44,954 nucleotides of DNA from Candidatus Zixiibacteriota bacterium (GCA_024278515.1 JAJRTA010000050.1:1-44954); one strand, 5' to 3'. Counted from the stretch's first letter, positions 1 to 10,359 are shown. Program-made: numbers and translations. Notes: generated by a model from the letters alone, not told the origin.

Positions 1-30
1 AGGTTGTTTATGGTAAAACCATCTTATCGG

Positions 31-1050
31 TTATTTCTTAGCCTTTTTCGCTTTAGCCGGTGCTGCCGCTTTTTTCAGTTTAGTCGTTTTGGTCCTTGCT
101 GCGGTCGACTTCTTCGTAGCCGTTTTCTTTGCGGTTGCTTTTTTAACAGGGCTCTTTTTCGTTTTGCTCCCCTTCATACCGCCTTTGATCAGCTCTTTCA
201 GAAGAACTGGTATCTCCGTCGGCGATCCGGCCACCGGGACACCCACCTTGTTCAGGGCCTTGATTTTATCTTCCGCCGTACCCGACCCGCCGGCGATAAT
301 TGCCCCGGCGTGGCCCATTCTCTTCCCCGGAGGGGCTGTTTGTCCGGCAATAAACGAAACCACCGGCTTGGTGACATGCTTTTTGATAAAAGCGGCCGCC
401 ATCTCTTCATCGGAACCGCCGATCTCACCGATCATAACTATCGATTTGGTCGCCGGGTCAGCTTCAAAAGCCTCAAGACAATCGATAAAATTGGTGCCGA
501 TCACCTGGTCCCCGCCGATACCAATACAGGTCGTCTGTCCCATGCCGGCCTGAGTAAGCGCCCAGATAGCTTCATAGGTGAGCGTACCGGAACGAGAGAC
601 CACACCGACCGAACCTTTCTTGACAATCGTGGACGGCATAATCCCGACCTTGGATTGTCCGACCGAGATCAGACCGGGACAGTTGGGACCGATCAGGCGG
701 GCGCCATGCTCCTGCACGAAAGGGTATACTTTCATCATGTCGTTGGCCGGAACACCCTCGGTAATACACACGACCAGCTTGATTCCGGCCGCAACCGCTT
801 CATAGATCGCATCCACGGCAAAGGGCGGCGGAACATAGATCACCGAAGTGTTGGCTTTGGTTTTGGCCACCGCATCTTCGACCGTATCAAATACCGGAAT
901 CCCGGCCATACTGGTTCCGCCTTTGCCCGGAGTAACACCACCGACAATATTGGTGCCGTACTTTTTCATCTGTTCAGTGTGAAACGACCCGTCGCGACCG
1001 GTAATTCCCTGAACAATCAGCTTCGTTTTCTTATTAATGAATATCGACAT
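31..1050 (-). CDS. sucD: Succinyl-CoA synthetase alpha subunit carrying a ~48-aa Lys/Ala/Thr-rich C-terminal extension
   Basis: 339-aa ORF. The N-terminus [28 protein letters not shown] and the phosphohistidine loop [13 protein letters not shown] are canonical SucD. It lies 23 nt downstream of sucC. The canonical fold ends near LLKELIKGG and is followed by the basic tail. Confidence 0.95.
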   Translation of the reverse strand: MSIFINKKTKLIVQGITGRDGSFHTEQMKKYGTNIVGGVTPGKGGTSMAGIPVFDTVEDAVAKTKANTSVIYVPPPFAVDAIYEAVAAGIKLVVCITEGVPANDMMKVYPFVQEHGARLIGPNCPGLISVGQSKVGIMPSTIVKKGSVGVVSRSGTLTYEAIWALTQAGMGQTTCIGIGGDQVIGTNFIDCLEAFEADPATKSIVMIGEIGGSDEEMAAAFIKKHVTKPVVSFIAGQTAPPGKRMGHAGAIIAGGSGTAEDKIKALNKVGVPVAGSPTEIPVLLKELIKGGMKGSKTKKSPVKKATAKKTATKKSTAARTKTTKLKKAAAPAKAKKAKK

Positions 1051-1073
1051 TTTTCACATCCTCTCGAAGTACC

Positions 1074-2213
1074 TTAGTTTTCCAGTCCGGCCAGTTCGAT
1101 CGCCTTTTTGACCACATTGTCAAGGGTATCGGCGGTAGGAAGTTTAATCGAACGAAGGATCTTCCGGGCGGCTTCCTCGTTGGTACCGGTCAGACGGACC
1201 ACTACCGGAACGGTGGGGTTGAGTTCCTTGAAAGCGGCCACGATACCGTTGGCTACATCGTCGCATCGAGTGATGCCGCCGAAGATGTTTATCAGGATCG
1301 CCCGAACGTTGGGGTCCGACAGGATTATCCGCATCGCCGCGACAACCTTGTCCGGGTTGGAGGAACCGCCGATATCGAGGAAATTGGCCGGCTCCCCCCC
1401 GTATCGTTTTACCAGGTCCATCGTGGCCATAGCCAGTCCGGCGCCGTTGACCATACAGCCGATGTTTCCTTCGAGCTTGACAAAGGAAAGGTCCGCCTCG
1501 CGGGCCTCGGTCTCTTCGGGAACTTCGGAATCCAGATCACGCATGGCCTCGATATTCTTCTGACGGTACAGACCGTTGTCGTCGATGTTTATCTTGGCGT
1601 CAAGAGCGATTACTTTGGCGTCGGTGTTGGTAATCAGCGGGTTTATCTCGACCAGCGAGGCATCACATTTCCAGTATACATCGTAGAGTTTCATAATGAT
1701 ATCGGTCGCCTCGCGAACCTGTTTGATATCACGGAACAGCTTGAAAGCCAGATTGCGGGCCTGGTAGTTCTTCAGACCCAGCACCGGATCGACCGCAATC
1801 TTAAAAATCTTTTCAGGCGTCTTCCGGGCCACTTCCTCGATATCAACGCCTCCGGCCGGCGACACCATGATCACCGGACGTTTGGTCACACGATCCAGAA
1901 TGATCCCGACATAAGATTCGCTGATGATATCCTCAGCCGCAGTCACGAGAATCTTTTTCACGGTCAGCCCTTTGATATCCATGCCGAGGATACTATGGGC
2001 GAGAACTCTGGCCGCTTCGACATTTTCGGCGTACTTGATGCCGCCGGCCTTGCCGCGACCGCCGACATGAACCTGCGACTTAACCATCACCGGTCGGTTG
2101 ATCTCTTCCGCGATACTGACTGCCTCGGTCGGATCGGTGGCCACTTTTCCGTAGGGCACCGGGATTCCGGCTTCGGCGAAAATCTGCTTGGCCTGATACT
2201 CATGAATTTTCAT
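1074..2213 (-). CDS. sucC: Succinyl-CoA synthetase beta subunit (ATP-grasp)
   Basis: 379-aa ORF beginning MKIHEYQAKQIFAEAGIPVP, typical of SucC. It is of the expected length and immediately precedes sucD. Its ATG overlaps the stop of the upstream gene (ATGA). Confidence 0.95.
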   Translation of the reverse strand: MKIHEYQAKQIFAEAGIPVPYGKVATDPTEAVSIAEEINRPVMVKSQVHVGGRGKAGGIKYAENVEAARVLAHSILGMDIKGLTVKKILVTAAEDIISESYVGIILDRVTKRPVIMVSPAGGVDIEEVARKTPEKIFKIAVDPVLGLKNYQARNLAFKLFRDIKQVREATDIIMKLYDVYWKCDASLVEINPLITNTDAKVIALDAKINIDDNGLYRQKNIEAMRDLDSEVPEETEAREADLSFVKLEGNIGCMVNGAGLAMATMDLVKRYGGEPANFLDIGGSSNPDKVVAAMRIILSDPNVRAILINIFGGITRCDDVANGIVAAFKELNPTVPVVVRLTGTNEEAARKILRSIKLPTADTLDNVVKKAIELAGLEN

Positions 2214-3601
2214 TTATCACTTTCCTCGGGACTTGTTTTATCCGTCAAAACTTCTTGTTCCATATATTCCTTAGCCAGCGACTCCAATCGCTCGCGACTA
2301 TTCATGTCCGGGTCATCCAGTACTTTCTCAAGCAAATGATTCAGAATCCGGCCAATCGTCGGACCCGGCTCAAGCCTGAATATTGCAATTAAATCGCTCC
2401 CGTCAAGGGCAAGATCGGTTACACCCAAAGGAGGTTTGCGATTCAACTCCTCACGGATATCCTTCTCGAACCGGTCAACATCCTCGGTAGTGCCCCCCAT
2501 CCCCTGGGCCACGACATCGGCCCGTCGAAGATCGAGCAGATCGAAAATCAGATCTACCCCGACCCGGCGCACCAGACGACGCAATCCCTTGGGGGTAACT
2601 TCGGTAGTGAACATGTGGCGTTCGACCAGCTTTTCGACCTGTCTGGTAAACTCTCGAGAATAGCGAAGACGGGTCAATATACTCCCAGCCGTCCTGGCCC
2701 CGACAGACTCATGGCCGTAAAATGTCGCGCCCTTCTCAACTATACGTTTGGTCTGCGGTTTGTTTATATCATGAAAAAGCGCCGCCATGCGCAACCGCAA
2801 ACGGGGCGGGCAGGCGTCGATGATTTGCATCGTGTGTTCAAAGACATCGTACCTGTGATAGCCGCCCTGCTGATCGACACCGACACATTCCTGCAGCTCA
2901 GGCAGAATATACCTGAGCAATCCCAGCGATTCCATAAGCCGGAAACCACTTGATGGTTTCTCAGCCAGAGTCAGGAGTTTATTCAACTCCTCTGCAATAC
3001 GCTCGGCGGAAACGCTTTCAATCAGATGAGCGCTCCGGCGCACTGCCCGGAAGGTGTCAGGTTCGATCATAAAATCGAAACGACCGGCGAACTGCACCGC
3101 GCGAAGCATCCGTAACGGATCGTCCTCGAACGAATCAGGATAAATCATGCGCAACTGACGATTCTTCAGATCGACCATGCCACCGAACGGATCGATCAGT
3201 TCTTTGCTGTCCAGCGCCACAGCCATGGCGTTGATGGTGAAGTCACGTCGCACCAGGTCCTCTTCCACGGGAAGTGTCGGATCGAACGAAACTTCGAACT
3301 CCCTGTGACCCCAGCCGGTCGAGTGCTCGCGCCGGGGGAGGGTGACATCAAGGGTATGGCTCTCACCGTTTTTGACCTGCGTGTATTTGATCACTCCGAA
3401 ACTGCGTCCGACCAGGTCGATCCGGCCGTGCCGTTTGAGTATCCGGCTGAGTTCATCGTAGTCAATGCCGGTAACAAGATAATCGCGATCCTTGGTTACG
3501 GTGTTGGAGAGATACCTGTCACGCACCGCGCCCCCGACCTCGTAGATGCGGCCTTTTTTGAGAATATCTCCAACCGTTTCTTCAGACAACCGACACATCA
3601 T
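2210..3601 (-). CDS. cca: Class II tRNA nucleotidyltransferase (CCA-adding enzyme / poly(A) polymerase family) with HD domain
   Basis: 463-aa ORF with the GGAVRD and DRDYLV nucleotidyltransferase motifs, RRDFTINAMA, and an HD signature (LFHDINKP). The exact activity (CCA versus CC/A-adding or poly(A)) cannot be decided from sequence by eye. Confidence 0.85.
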   Translation of the reverse strand: MMCRLSEETVGDILKKGRIYEVGGAVRDRYLSNTVTKDRDYLVTGIDYDELSRILKRHGRIDLVGRSFGVIKYTQVKNGESHTLDVTLPRREHSTGWGHREFEVSFDPTLPVEEDLVRRDFTINAMAVALDSKELIDPFGGMVDLKNRQLRMIYPDSFEDDPLRMLRAVQFAGRFDFMIEPDTFRAVRRSAHLIESVSAERIAEELNKLLTLAEKPSSGFRLMESLGLLRYILPELQECVGVDQQGGYHRYDVFEHTMQIIDACPPRLRLRMAALFHDINKPQTKRIVEKGATFYGHESVGARTAGSILTRLRYSREFTRQVEKLVERHMFTTEVTPKGLRRLVRRVGVDLIFDLLDLRRADVVAQGMGGTTEDVDRFEKDIREELNRKPPLGVTDLALDGSDLIAIFRLEPGPTIGRILNHLLEKVLDDPDMNSRERLESLAKEYMEQEVLTDKTSPEESDK

Positions 3602-4552
3602 TCAATCCGTTACAATCCTGGTACCGGCTTCGCCGTGAATCGCCTTACCGGCATTGTCAAACGAAGTTATCGTAACCATTTCGCCGCCCCGTTCCAGAAA
3701 ACGAATAGCGGCGTCTATCTTGGGTCCCATCGATCCGGGAGGGAAATGACCCTCACGGTGATATTTTTTTATTTCCGAAAGAGTGACCTGGTCCAGCTCT
3801 TTCTGGTTCTCTTTTCCAAAGTTTACGGCGACCCGGTCGACCGAAGTAAGGATGGACAGGAAATCGGCGCCGATCTCTTCGCCTATTACCGCCGAAGCAA
3901 GGTCCTTGTCGATCACGGCGTCAAACCCTTCATAATTACCGTTGCTGTCAATGTAAACAGGTATTCCCCCTCCGCCGCCGGCAATCACTATGGTTCCCTT
4001 GTCCACCAGGGACTTGATTGTCTCAGCTTCCACCGTGTGACAGGGCGCGGGCGAAGGGACCACTCGCCGCCAGCCGCGGTCGCCATCGGGTTTCATCTGC
4101 CAGCCACGTGTTGATGCAAACCTACCGGCCTCTTCTTCGGTGTAGAACTGGCCGATGTACTTGGTGGGATTGTTAATTGCCGGATCATCGGGATGGATCA
4201 ACATCTGAGTAATAATGGTGACAACCGGACGGTCTATATTTTCAGCCCTGAGACGGTTTTGCAGCGACTGCTCGATCATGTACCCCATCCCCCCCTCGGT
4301 GTCGGCCACACACACGCCCAGAGGAAGAATCGGAGCGCGGCCGCGGGCCAGCTCCACCCGTAAGATAGCGTTTCCCACCTGTGGTCCGTTGCCATGGGTA
4401 ATCACAAGGTGATACCCTTCACGGGCCAGTTGCACCACTCCATCGAGCGCCGCCCGGGTGTTGGCGAACTGGTTGGCGATGGTATCTTCCCTGTCGGGAT
4501 GAGTAATTGCGTTGCCGCCGAGGGCAACCACCGCCGTCTTGTGACCGGTCAT
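3602..4552 (-). CDS. arcC: Carbamate kinase
   Basis: 316-aa ORF. AVVALGGNAI, THGNGPQVG and IVIAGGGGGIPV are typical of the carbamate kinase / amino-acid kinase fold. Its stop codon abuts the cca start with no gap (TGAATG). Confidence 0.9.
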   Translation of the reverse strand: MTGHKTAVVALGGNAITHPDREDTIANQFANTRAALDGVVQLAREGYHLVITHGNGPQVGNAILRVELARGRAPILPLGVCVADTEGGMGYMIEQSLQNRLRAENIDRPVVTIITQMLIHPDDPAINNPTKYIGQFYTEEEAGRFASTRGWQMKPDGDRGWRRVVPSPAPCHTVEAETIKSLVDKGTIVIAGGGGGIPVYIDSNGNYEGFDAVIDKDLASAVIGEEIGADFLSILTSVDRVAVNFGKENQKELDQVTLSEIKKYHREGHFPPGSMGPKIDAAIRFLERGGEMVTITSFDNAGKAIHGEAGTRIVTD

Positions 4553-4590
4553 CGTTCTGATGGCTCCAGTTAAGTCGGACCTTTAGTAGT

Positions 4591-4619
4591 AAAGCGGGCC
4601 GGGTTTCCCGACCCGCTTT
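4591..4619 (-). terminator. GC-rich stem-loop between the COG2403-like gene and arcC (weak terminator or attenuator candidate)
   Basis: AAAGCGGGCCGGG-TTT-CCCGACCCGCTTT forms a ~12-bp stem with one mismatch. On the minus strand only a short U stretch follows, and it is itself part of the stem, so termination efficiency is doubtful. Confidence 0.3.
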
Positions 4620-4630
4620 GGGGTTTCAAT

Positions 4631-6040
4631 CTATTTTTTCGAGCTCTTCTTCTGGCTCTTCCGGGCGCCTTTTCCGGCACTCTTTTTTCCGGCTGACTTT
4701 TTCAGTCGATTCGACATAAACGCATCCAGCACATCATGCAGATCAGGGGAACCGATCTCCTGCAGGCTGTATCCGACCCGCACCGATGGCTTGTCAATTT
4801 TGATCAGACGACCCAGATCAATCGGAGTGGCGATCACCACAGCGTCGCACTTTGTGCGGTTGATCGTTGTCTCCAGGTCTTTGATCTGCTGCTTGCCATA
4901 GCCCATGGCCGGCAACAGGGTGCCGATTCCGGGGTATTTCTCATAGGTGGCCGTAATCGACTTGACCGTGAAAGGACGCGGGTCAACCAGTTCAGCCGCG
5001 CCGAACTTCTCGGCCGCAACCACCCCGGCGCCGTACTCCATCTCACCGTGAGTCAGAGTCGGGCCGTCTTCAACCACCAGCACTTTCTTACCCCGGATCA
5101 GTTCCGGCTTCTCCACATCAAGCGGCGAGGCGGCATCGATCACAATTGCTTCCGGATTGTAAGCGGCGATATTGCGTCGAAGCTCCGCGACTCCGTCCGG
5201 GTCGGCCGAATCGATCTTGTTGATTACAATCACATCAGCCAAAAGCAGGTTGTTCTGACCGGGATAATAAGTCAACTCATGACCGGGACGATGCGGATCG
5301 ACAACCGTGATCTGCAGGTCGGGCAGGTAGAACGACATATCGTTGTTGCCGCCATCCCACAAAATAACATCAGCTTCTTTTTCCGCTTCCCGGATGATCA
5401 TTTCATAATCGACACCGGCATATACGACAATACCGTTGACAATGTGCGGCTCGTATTCTTCACGTTCCTCGATCGTGCATTTATGTTTGTCGAGGTCTTT
5501 CAGGTCGCCGAAACGCTGGCAGGCCTGTTTGGCCAGGTCACCGTACGGCATAGGATGACGAATCGCCACCACTTTCTTGCCGAACGACTGCAATACCTGA
5601 GCCACTCGGCGCGTTGTCTGCGATTTTCCGCAGCCGGTGCGAATAGCGCACACTGAGACGACCGGTTTGGTCGATTTGATCATTGTGGGAAGGCCGCCTT
5701 CAACCGCAAAACGCGCTCCGGCCGACATAACAAAAGCCGCCCGTTCCATCACGTACTGGTATGGAACATCGGAGTAGGCAAACACAACTTCTTCGACATC
5801 ATGCTTTTTAATCAGCTCCAGAAGTTCCGATTCATCATAGATCGGGATGCCTTTGGGATAGAGTTTACCGGCCAGTGAAGCCGGGTAACGGCGTCCTTCA
5901 ATGTCGGGGATCTGGGTCGCGGTGAAAGCAACCACTTCTACTTCTTTGTTGTCACGATAGAGGCAGTTGAAATTGTGGAAATCGCGCCCGGCGGCGCCCA
6001 TGATAATTATTTTCTTTGCCTTAGCCATTATATTCTCCAA
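4631..6040 (-). CDS. P-loop NTPase of the COG2403-like family (predicted GTPase / cyclic 2,3-diphosphoglycerate synthetase-like), with a Lys-rich C-terminal tail
   Basis: 469-aa ORF with a Rossmann-like N-terminus (KIIIMGAAGRDFHNF) and a Walker-A-like AIRTGCGKSQTT. The family call comes from recalled similarity only. The C-terminus is RLKKSAGKKSAGKGARKSQKKSSKK. Confidence 0.55.
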   Translation of the reverse strand: MENIMAKAKKIIIMGAAGRDFHNFNCLYRDNKEVEVVAFTATQIPDIEGRRYPASLAGKLYPKGIPIYDESELLELIKKHDVEEVVFAYSDVPYQYVMERAAFVMSAGARFAVEGGLPTMIKSTKPVVSVCAIRTGCGKSQTTRRVAQVLQSFGKKVVAIRHPMPYGDLAKQACQRFGDLKDLDKHKCTIEEREEYEPHIVNGIVVYAGVDYEMIIREAEKEADVILWDGGNNDMSFYLPDLQITVVDPHRPGHELTYYPGQNNLLLADVIVINKIDSADPDGVAELRRNIAAYNPEAIVIDAASPLDVEKPELIRGKKVLVVEDGPTLTHGEMEYGAGVVAAEKFGAAELVDPRPFTVKSITATYEKYPGIGTLLPAMGYGKQQIKDLETTINRTKCDAVVIATPIDLGRLIKIDKPSVRVGYSLQEIGSPDLHDVLDAFMSNRLKKSAGKKSAGKGARKSQKKSSKK

Positions 6041-6153
6041 TCATTCAAATAATTCATCACTCAGTTTTAACGACGGATACTTCTTTCATCTCCTTATCGA
6101 AAGGCTCCATCGTGTGCTCTGAGGGCATCTGACATGGTCGGATCCTGTCTTCC

Positions 6154-7647
6154 TTACTGGTTATCGATCTGGGCGCGTTGCAGACTGCCGGAAAAATCGA
6201 CGTAAACCGATTTCCACTCGCTGAAAACATCAAGGCAGGCCGTGGCTGCTTCACGGTGACCGTTGCCGGTTTCCTTGGTGCCGCCGAACGGCAGGTGTGT
6301 CTCGGCGCCGATAGTCGGAGCGTTGACATAGAAGATACCGGTATAAACATCACGCATCGCCGTATAGGCCCGGTTGACATCCTGGGTGAAGATCGAAGCG
6401 GACAGACCATACGGCGTATCATTGGCCATTTCGATCGCCTCATCGAGGGAGCCGCAAACGGCAATTCCAAGTACCGGGCCGAAGATCTCTTCCTTCCAGA
6501 TAGTCATCGACCGGGTAACATCACCGAATACGGTCGGTTGCAGGAAGTAACCCTTGTCGTAATCACCACCGGTCAGACGTTCGCCGCCGGTAAGCAGCCT
6601 GGCCCCTTCTTTCCTGCCTATTTCGATATACTTAAGAACCGTTTCAAGCTGGCTCTGGCTTACCGCCGGGCCCATGTCGACCGACTCATCGAGGCCGTTG
6701 CCCACTTTGAGCTTCGCGGCCCGCTCGACGATCATACTGGTAAATTTCTCCAGTACATCCTTGTGACATACGATCCGGCTGGTGGCCGTGCAACGCTGGC
6801 CGGTGGTTCCGAACGCTCCCCAGAGAGCGCCGTCCACGGCCAGATCGAGTTTGGCGTCGTCCATTACGATCTGCACATTCTTGCCGCCCATTTCGAGACA
6901 ACAATGTTTGAAATCGGTAGCGCAGGCCTCCGATACTTTGCGACCGACTTCGGTCGAACCGGTAAAAGAAACCACCTTGACATTCGGGTTCTTTATGATC
7001 GGATCTCCCAGCGCCGAACCGGAACCGGTAACCATATTGACCACCCCCGGCGGGATACCTTCATCATGACAGGCCTGAATCAGGTTGACCACCGACAATG
7101 GGGTATCGGTAGCCGGTTTGATGACCACCGTGTTTCCACAGATCAACGCCGGCATCATTTTCCAAGACGGGATCGCCATCGGGAAATTCCAGGGAGTAAT
7201 AAACGAGCAAACGCCCAGCGGCTGGCGCACCGTCATGTTGAACTTGTTGGCCATTTCAGACGGAGTGGTCATACCGAAAAGACGACGGCCTTCACCAGCC
7301 ATGTAAAACGTCATGTCGATCGCTTCCTGCGTATCGCCGCGAGTTTCCTTGATGACTTTACCCATCTCTTTGGTCATTTCCCGGGAAAACTGCTCCTTGT
7401 TGTCCAGAAGACGCTGGGCAATCCTGAACAGGATTTCACCTCGCTTGGGAGCAGGCATGAGCCGCCATTTCTTGTATGCCTCGGATGCGGCATCCAGAGC
7501 GTTGGCCACATCATCGGCGTTCGATTTTTGGAAAAGGCCGAGAACTTCGTCGGTATTGGCCGGGTTGCGGTTTTCATAGGTCTGACCGGATGAGGACTCG
7601 ACCCATTCACCATTAATGAAATTTTTGAAAACTTTCGGTTTGCTCAC
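6154..7647 (-). CDS. NAD(P)-dependent aldehyde dehydrogenase family protein
   Basis: 497-aa ORF with a GTG start. It has ALDH hallmarks: FITPWNFP, the catalytic Glu context LEMGGKN, the catalytic Cys context GQRCTATSR, and EEIFGPV. The subfamily and substrate could not be assigned. Confidence 0.9.
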   Translation of the reverse strand: MSKPKVFKNFINGEWVESSSGQTYENRNPANTDEVLGLFQKSNADDVANALDAASEAYKKWRLMPAPKRGEILFRIAQRLLDNKEQFSREMTKEMGKVIKETRGDTQEAIDMTFYMAGEGRRLFGMTTPSEMANKFNMTVRQPLGVCSFITPWNFPMAIPSWKMMPALICGNTVVIKPATDTPLSVVNLIQACHDEGIPPGVVNMVTGSGSALGDPIIKNPNVKVVSFTGSTEVGRKVSEACATDFKHCCLEMGGKNVQIVMDDAKLDLAVDGALWGAFGTTGQRCTATSRIVCHKDVLEKFTSMIVERAAKLKVGNGLDESVDMGPAVSQSQLETVLKYIEIGRKEGARLLTGGERLTGGDYDKGYFLQPTVFGDVTRSMTIWKEEIFGPVLGIAVCGSLDEAIEMANDTPYGLSASIFTQDVNRAYTAMRDVYTGIFYVNAPTIGAETHLPFGGTKETGNGHREAATACLDVFSEWKSVYVDFSGSLQRAQIDNQ

Positions 7648-7747
7648 GATAAACTCCGTGTCATCATCGGTTTTTCCGCTTCTGGCGCGTCATTTTGGAC
7701 GCCACAGCAATTGTGAATTCCTTCACAGTCGCCGCAAATAAGCGCGT

Positions 7748-7775
7748 AATATAGTCCTTATAAGTATCTTGTCAA
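7748..7775 (-). promoter_or_regulatory. Sigma70-type promoter candidate for the aldehyde dehydrogenase operon
   Basis: The minus strand reads TTGACA-N16-TATATT (plus-strand tgtcaa at 7770-7775 and aatata at 7748-7753), about 100 nt upstream of the GTG start at 7647. Confidence 0.4.
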
Positions 7776-8005
7776 CCGGTTTCACAACCGCGGAAACAAG
7801 ATTCTGACGTTGAGAGCCAATAAGTTACAGCGGCGTGACGCAAAAGAGTGAATTGGCGGGCAAACCATTTTCAGAACCGTGAAAAAGGGCGTCGAACAGC
7901 GAACGGACAGCGGTCCAAAAAAGTGAAGATTTCCTTTGGCTATCTGAGCTGTTGCTTCGTTAATAGTATAGAGAGCGACGATTACATGAGTATTATGGAG
8001 AGCCC

Positions 8006-8644
8006 GTGCATGTATTGATCCTTACAACTTTGCTTTCACTGCCCCTGTACCCTGTTAACCCGGTCAAGCAGGATACTCTTGATATAATGGCCATACATCT
8101 TTCAGTCGGCATGACCGCTCCCAACGGTCTGGCCAAACTGGGGGTCGATTTTATCACCCGCTACGAGTTCCGCCCTGCGCATCCGGTGCTGGTTAGGGCC
8201 AGTATGGATTACCGCCTGAGTCCGGTAAAACATGTACGGTACCCCAATGGAACAATCTTCGGACCGATGCTGTCGCTGGAAACTCTCTACTATCGCGGCA
8301 CTAATCGCTTAACCGGATATATCGGCGGAGGCGTGGTGCTTGCGCTGTACGATTTAGCCACCAGCAGCGCCGATGCTGATTCTCTCAGAAGATTCCATAA
8401 CGTTTACGACGTCGACCTCAAACCTACTCCGGGATATCGGTTGACTTTCGGGCTGAGATTCCATCACACAACTTCACTGGAAGTCAGCATTACCGATGTG
8501 CGGCCCAGTTTCGTTTATATCGCGGACCTGGGAGGCGGCAGCTACTCGCGGCGGTTATCCAAAGCCCGCTTCAACGATTTCCGCGTCTCTATCGGGTATG
8601 TGTTCCCGATCTGGAAAAACTCACGCTCAGCCCGTGGACCGTAG
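8006..8644 (+). CDS. Hypothetical protein, possible small outer-membrane beta-barrel
   Basis: 212-aa ORF with a GTG start preceded by GGAGAG at short spacing. It has a hydrophobic N-terminus and alternating hydrophobic/polar stretches with aromatic strand ends (RVSIGYVF). I recognised no family, and the start is uncertain. Confidence 0.4.
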   Translation: MHVLILTTLLSLPLYPVNPVKQDTLDIMAIHLSVGMTAPNGLAKLGVDFITRYEFRPAHPVLVRASMDYRLSPVKHVRYPNGTIFGPMLSLETLYYRGTNRLTGYIGGGVVLALYDLATSSADADSLRRFHNVYDVDLKPTPGYRLTFGLRFHHTTSLEVSITDVRPSFVYIADLGGGSYSRRLSKARFNDFRVSIGYVFPIWKNSRSARGP

Positions 8645-8664
8645 AGATATTTACATTCGTCGGA

Positions 8665-10359
8665 TTATTTCTGCTGACTTTTGGCGATTTTCGCCCAGGT
8701 ATCACGAAGCGTGACCGTTCTGTTGAATATCAGATTATCCGGGGAAGAATCTTTTGAATCGACACAAAAATAACCCTGACGTTCAAACTGGTATGTTGTC
8801 CCGACCACACATTCTCCGGCCGCCGGTTCCAGCTTACAGCCTTCCACAACCTCCAGCGAGTTCGGATTCAGATTAACCGTGAAATCCTCTCCCTCTTTAG
8901 TCGCCAGCGGATTCTCAACGAGGAACAAATGATCGTACAACCGCAGGGTGGCGTCAACCGCGTGTTCGGCTGAGACCCAGTGCAGGGTCGCCTTGACTTT
9001 GCGGCCATCCGGAGATGATCCGCCCCTCGATTCCGGATCATAAGTACAGCGCAATTCAACTATATTGCCGTCGTCGTCCCGAACCACTTCCCGGCAGGTG
9101 ATAAAATAGGCGTACCGCAGACGTACCTCACGGCCGGGGGCCAGACGGAAAAACTTCTTCGGCGGGTCTTCCATGAAATCGTCACGCTCGATATAAAGAA
9201 CTTTTGAAAACGGCACTTTGCGTGTACCGGCAGATTCATCTTCAGGGTTGTTGATCGCATCCAGCTCTTCGGTCTGTCCCTCCGGATAGTTTTCCAGCAC
9301 TACCTTGAGCGGTTTCACCACCGCCATCAGCCGAGGCGCGTGTTTGTTGAGATCCTCGCGGACGGCAAACTCGAGATCCGCCATAGCCACGACACTCTCC
9401 CGTTTGGACACACCCACCCGTTCCAGAAAAGTGCGGATTGCCCGGGGAGTGTACCCCCGACGCCGAAGAGCCGCAAGCGTATAAAGACGGGGATCATCCC
9501 AGCCGGTGACATAGCCTTCATCCACCAGCTTAAGCAGTTTCCTCTTGCTGAGTACCGTATAGCTGAGATTCAGGCGCGCGAACTCGATCTGCCGGGGATG
9601 GAACACTCCGAGCTGATCAAGAAACCAGTCATAAAGCGGGCGATGATCCTCGAACTCCAGCGAACAGAGAGAGTGGGTGATTCCTTCGATTGAATCGGAC
9701 AGGCAGTGCGTGAAGTCGTACATGGGATAGATACACCATTCATCACCGGTACGATGATGAGTAGCGTGCATTATCCGGTAGATAACAGGATCGCGCATAT
9801 TCAGGTTGCCGGAAGCCATATCAATTTTGGCCCTCAGGGTTCGGGATCCGTCGGGAAACTCTCCCGCTTTCATCCGCTCAAAGAGTTCCAGGTTCTCTTC
9901 GACCGAGCGATCCCGATAGGGAGAGTTTTTACCCGGCTCGGTCAGGGTACCACGGTAGGTGCGGATTTCCTCGGCGTTGAGATCACACACATAGGCCTTG
10001 CCCATTTTGATCAACTGCACGGCAAAATCATACAGCCGGGGGAAATAATCAGAGGCATAGAAAAGCCGGTCGTCCCAGTCGAACCCCATCCACCGGATAT
10101 CTTCCATGATCGATTCGATAAAATGGACTTCCTCTTTCACCGGATTGGTGTCATCGAAGCGCAGATTACAGAGACCGTTGAATTCGGCAGCCATGCTGAA
10201 ATTTATCCAGATAGCCTTGGCGTGACCGATATGCAGGTATCCGTTCGGCTCCGGCGGGAAACGGGTATGAACACGGCTGTCGTTCTTACCGGCGGCAACA
10301 TCGCCTGCGATAATGGTCTTGATGAAATTGGATGATGATTTAGCTTCGTTGTCCGACAT
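8665..10359 (-). CDS. glnS: Glutaminyl-tRNA synthetase
   Basis: 564-aa ORF. The class I HIGH motif ([14 protein letters not shown]), the KMSKS-like VLSKRK, and the overall GlnRS-like N-terminus ([12 protein letters not shown]) support the call. Confidence 0.93.
   Translation of the reverse strand: MSDNEAKSSSNFIKTIIAGDVAAGKNDSRVHTRFPPEPNGYLHIGHAKAIWINFSMAAEFNGLCNLRFDDTNPVKEEVHFIESIMEDIRWMGFDWDDRLFYASDYFPRLYDFAVQLIKMGKAYVCDLNAEEIRTYRGTLTEPGKNSPYRDRSVEENLELFERMKAGEFPDGSRTLRAKIDMASGNLNMRDPVIYRIMHATHHRTGDEWCIYPMYDFTHCLSDSIEGITHSLCSLEFEDHRPLYDWFLDQLGVFHPRQIEFARLNLSYTVLSKRKLLKLVDEGYVTGWDDPRLYTLAALRRRGYTPRAIRTFLERVGVSKRESVVAMADLEFAVREDLNKHAPRLMAVVKPLKVVLENYPEGQTEELDAINNPEDESAGTRKVPFSKVLYIERDDFMEDPPKKFFRLAPGREVRLRYAYFITCREVVRDDDGNIVELRCTYDPESRGGSSPDGRKVKATLHWVSAEHAVDATLRLYDHLFLVENPLATKEGEDFTVNLNPNSLEVVEGCKLEPAAGECVVGTTYQFERQGYFCVDSKDSSPDNLIFNRTVTLRDTWAKIAKSQQK

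Noticed and set aside
4-1077. 357-aa plus-strand ORF antisense to sucD
   Set aside because: It lies entirely within the unmistakable sucD gene on the opposite strand. Its translation is an Arg/Gly/Phe/Cys-rich low-complexity string with no domain signature. This is a typical shadow ORF of a codon-biased gene.
4736-5656. 306-aa plus-strand ORF antisense to the COG2403-like gene
   Set aside because: It is nested antisense in a coding gene, has low-complexity composition, and has no start context.
6178-7593. 471-aa plus-strand ORF antisense to the aldehyde dehydrogenase
   Set aside because: It is the longest shadow ORF in the window. It is completely nested in a strongly recognisable ALDH gene, is R/G/H/D-rich and motif-free, and has no SD or promoter context.
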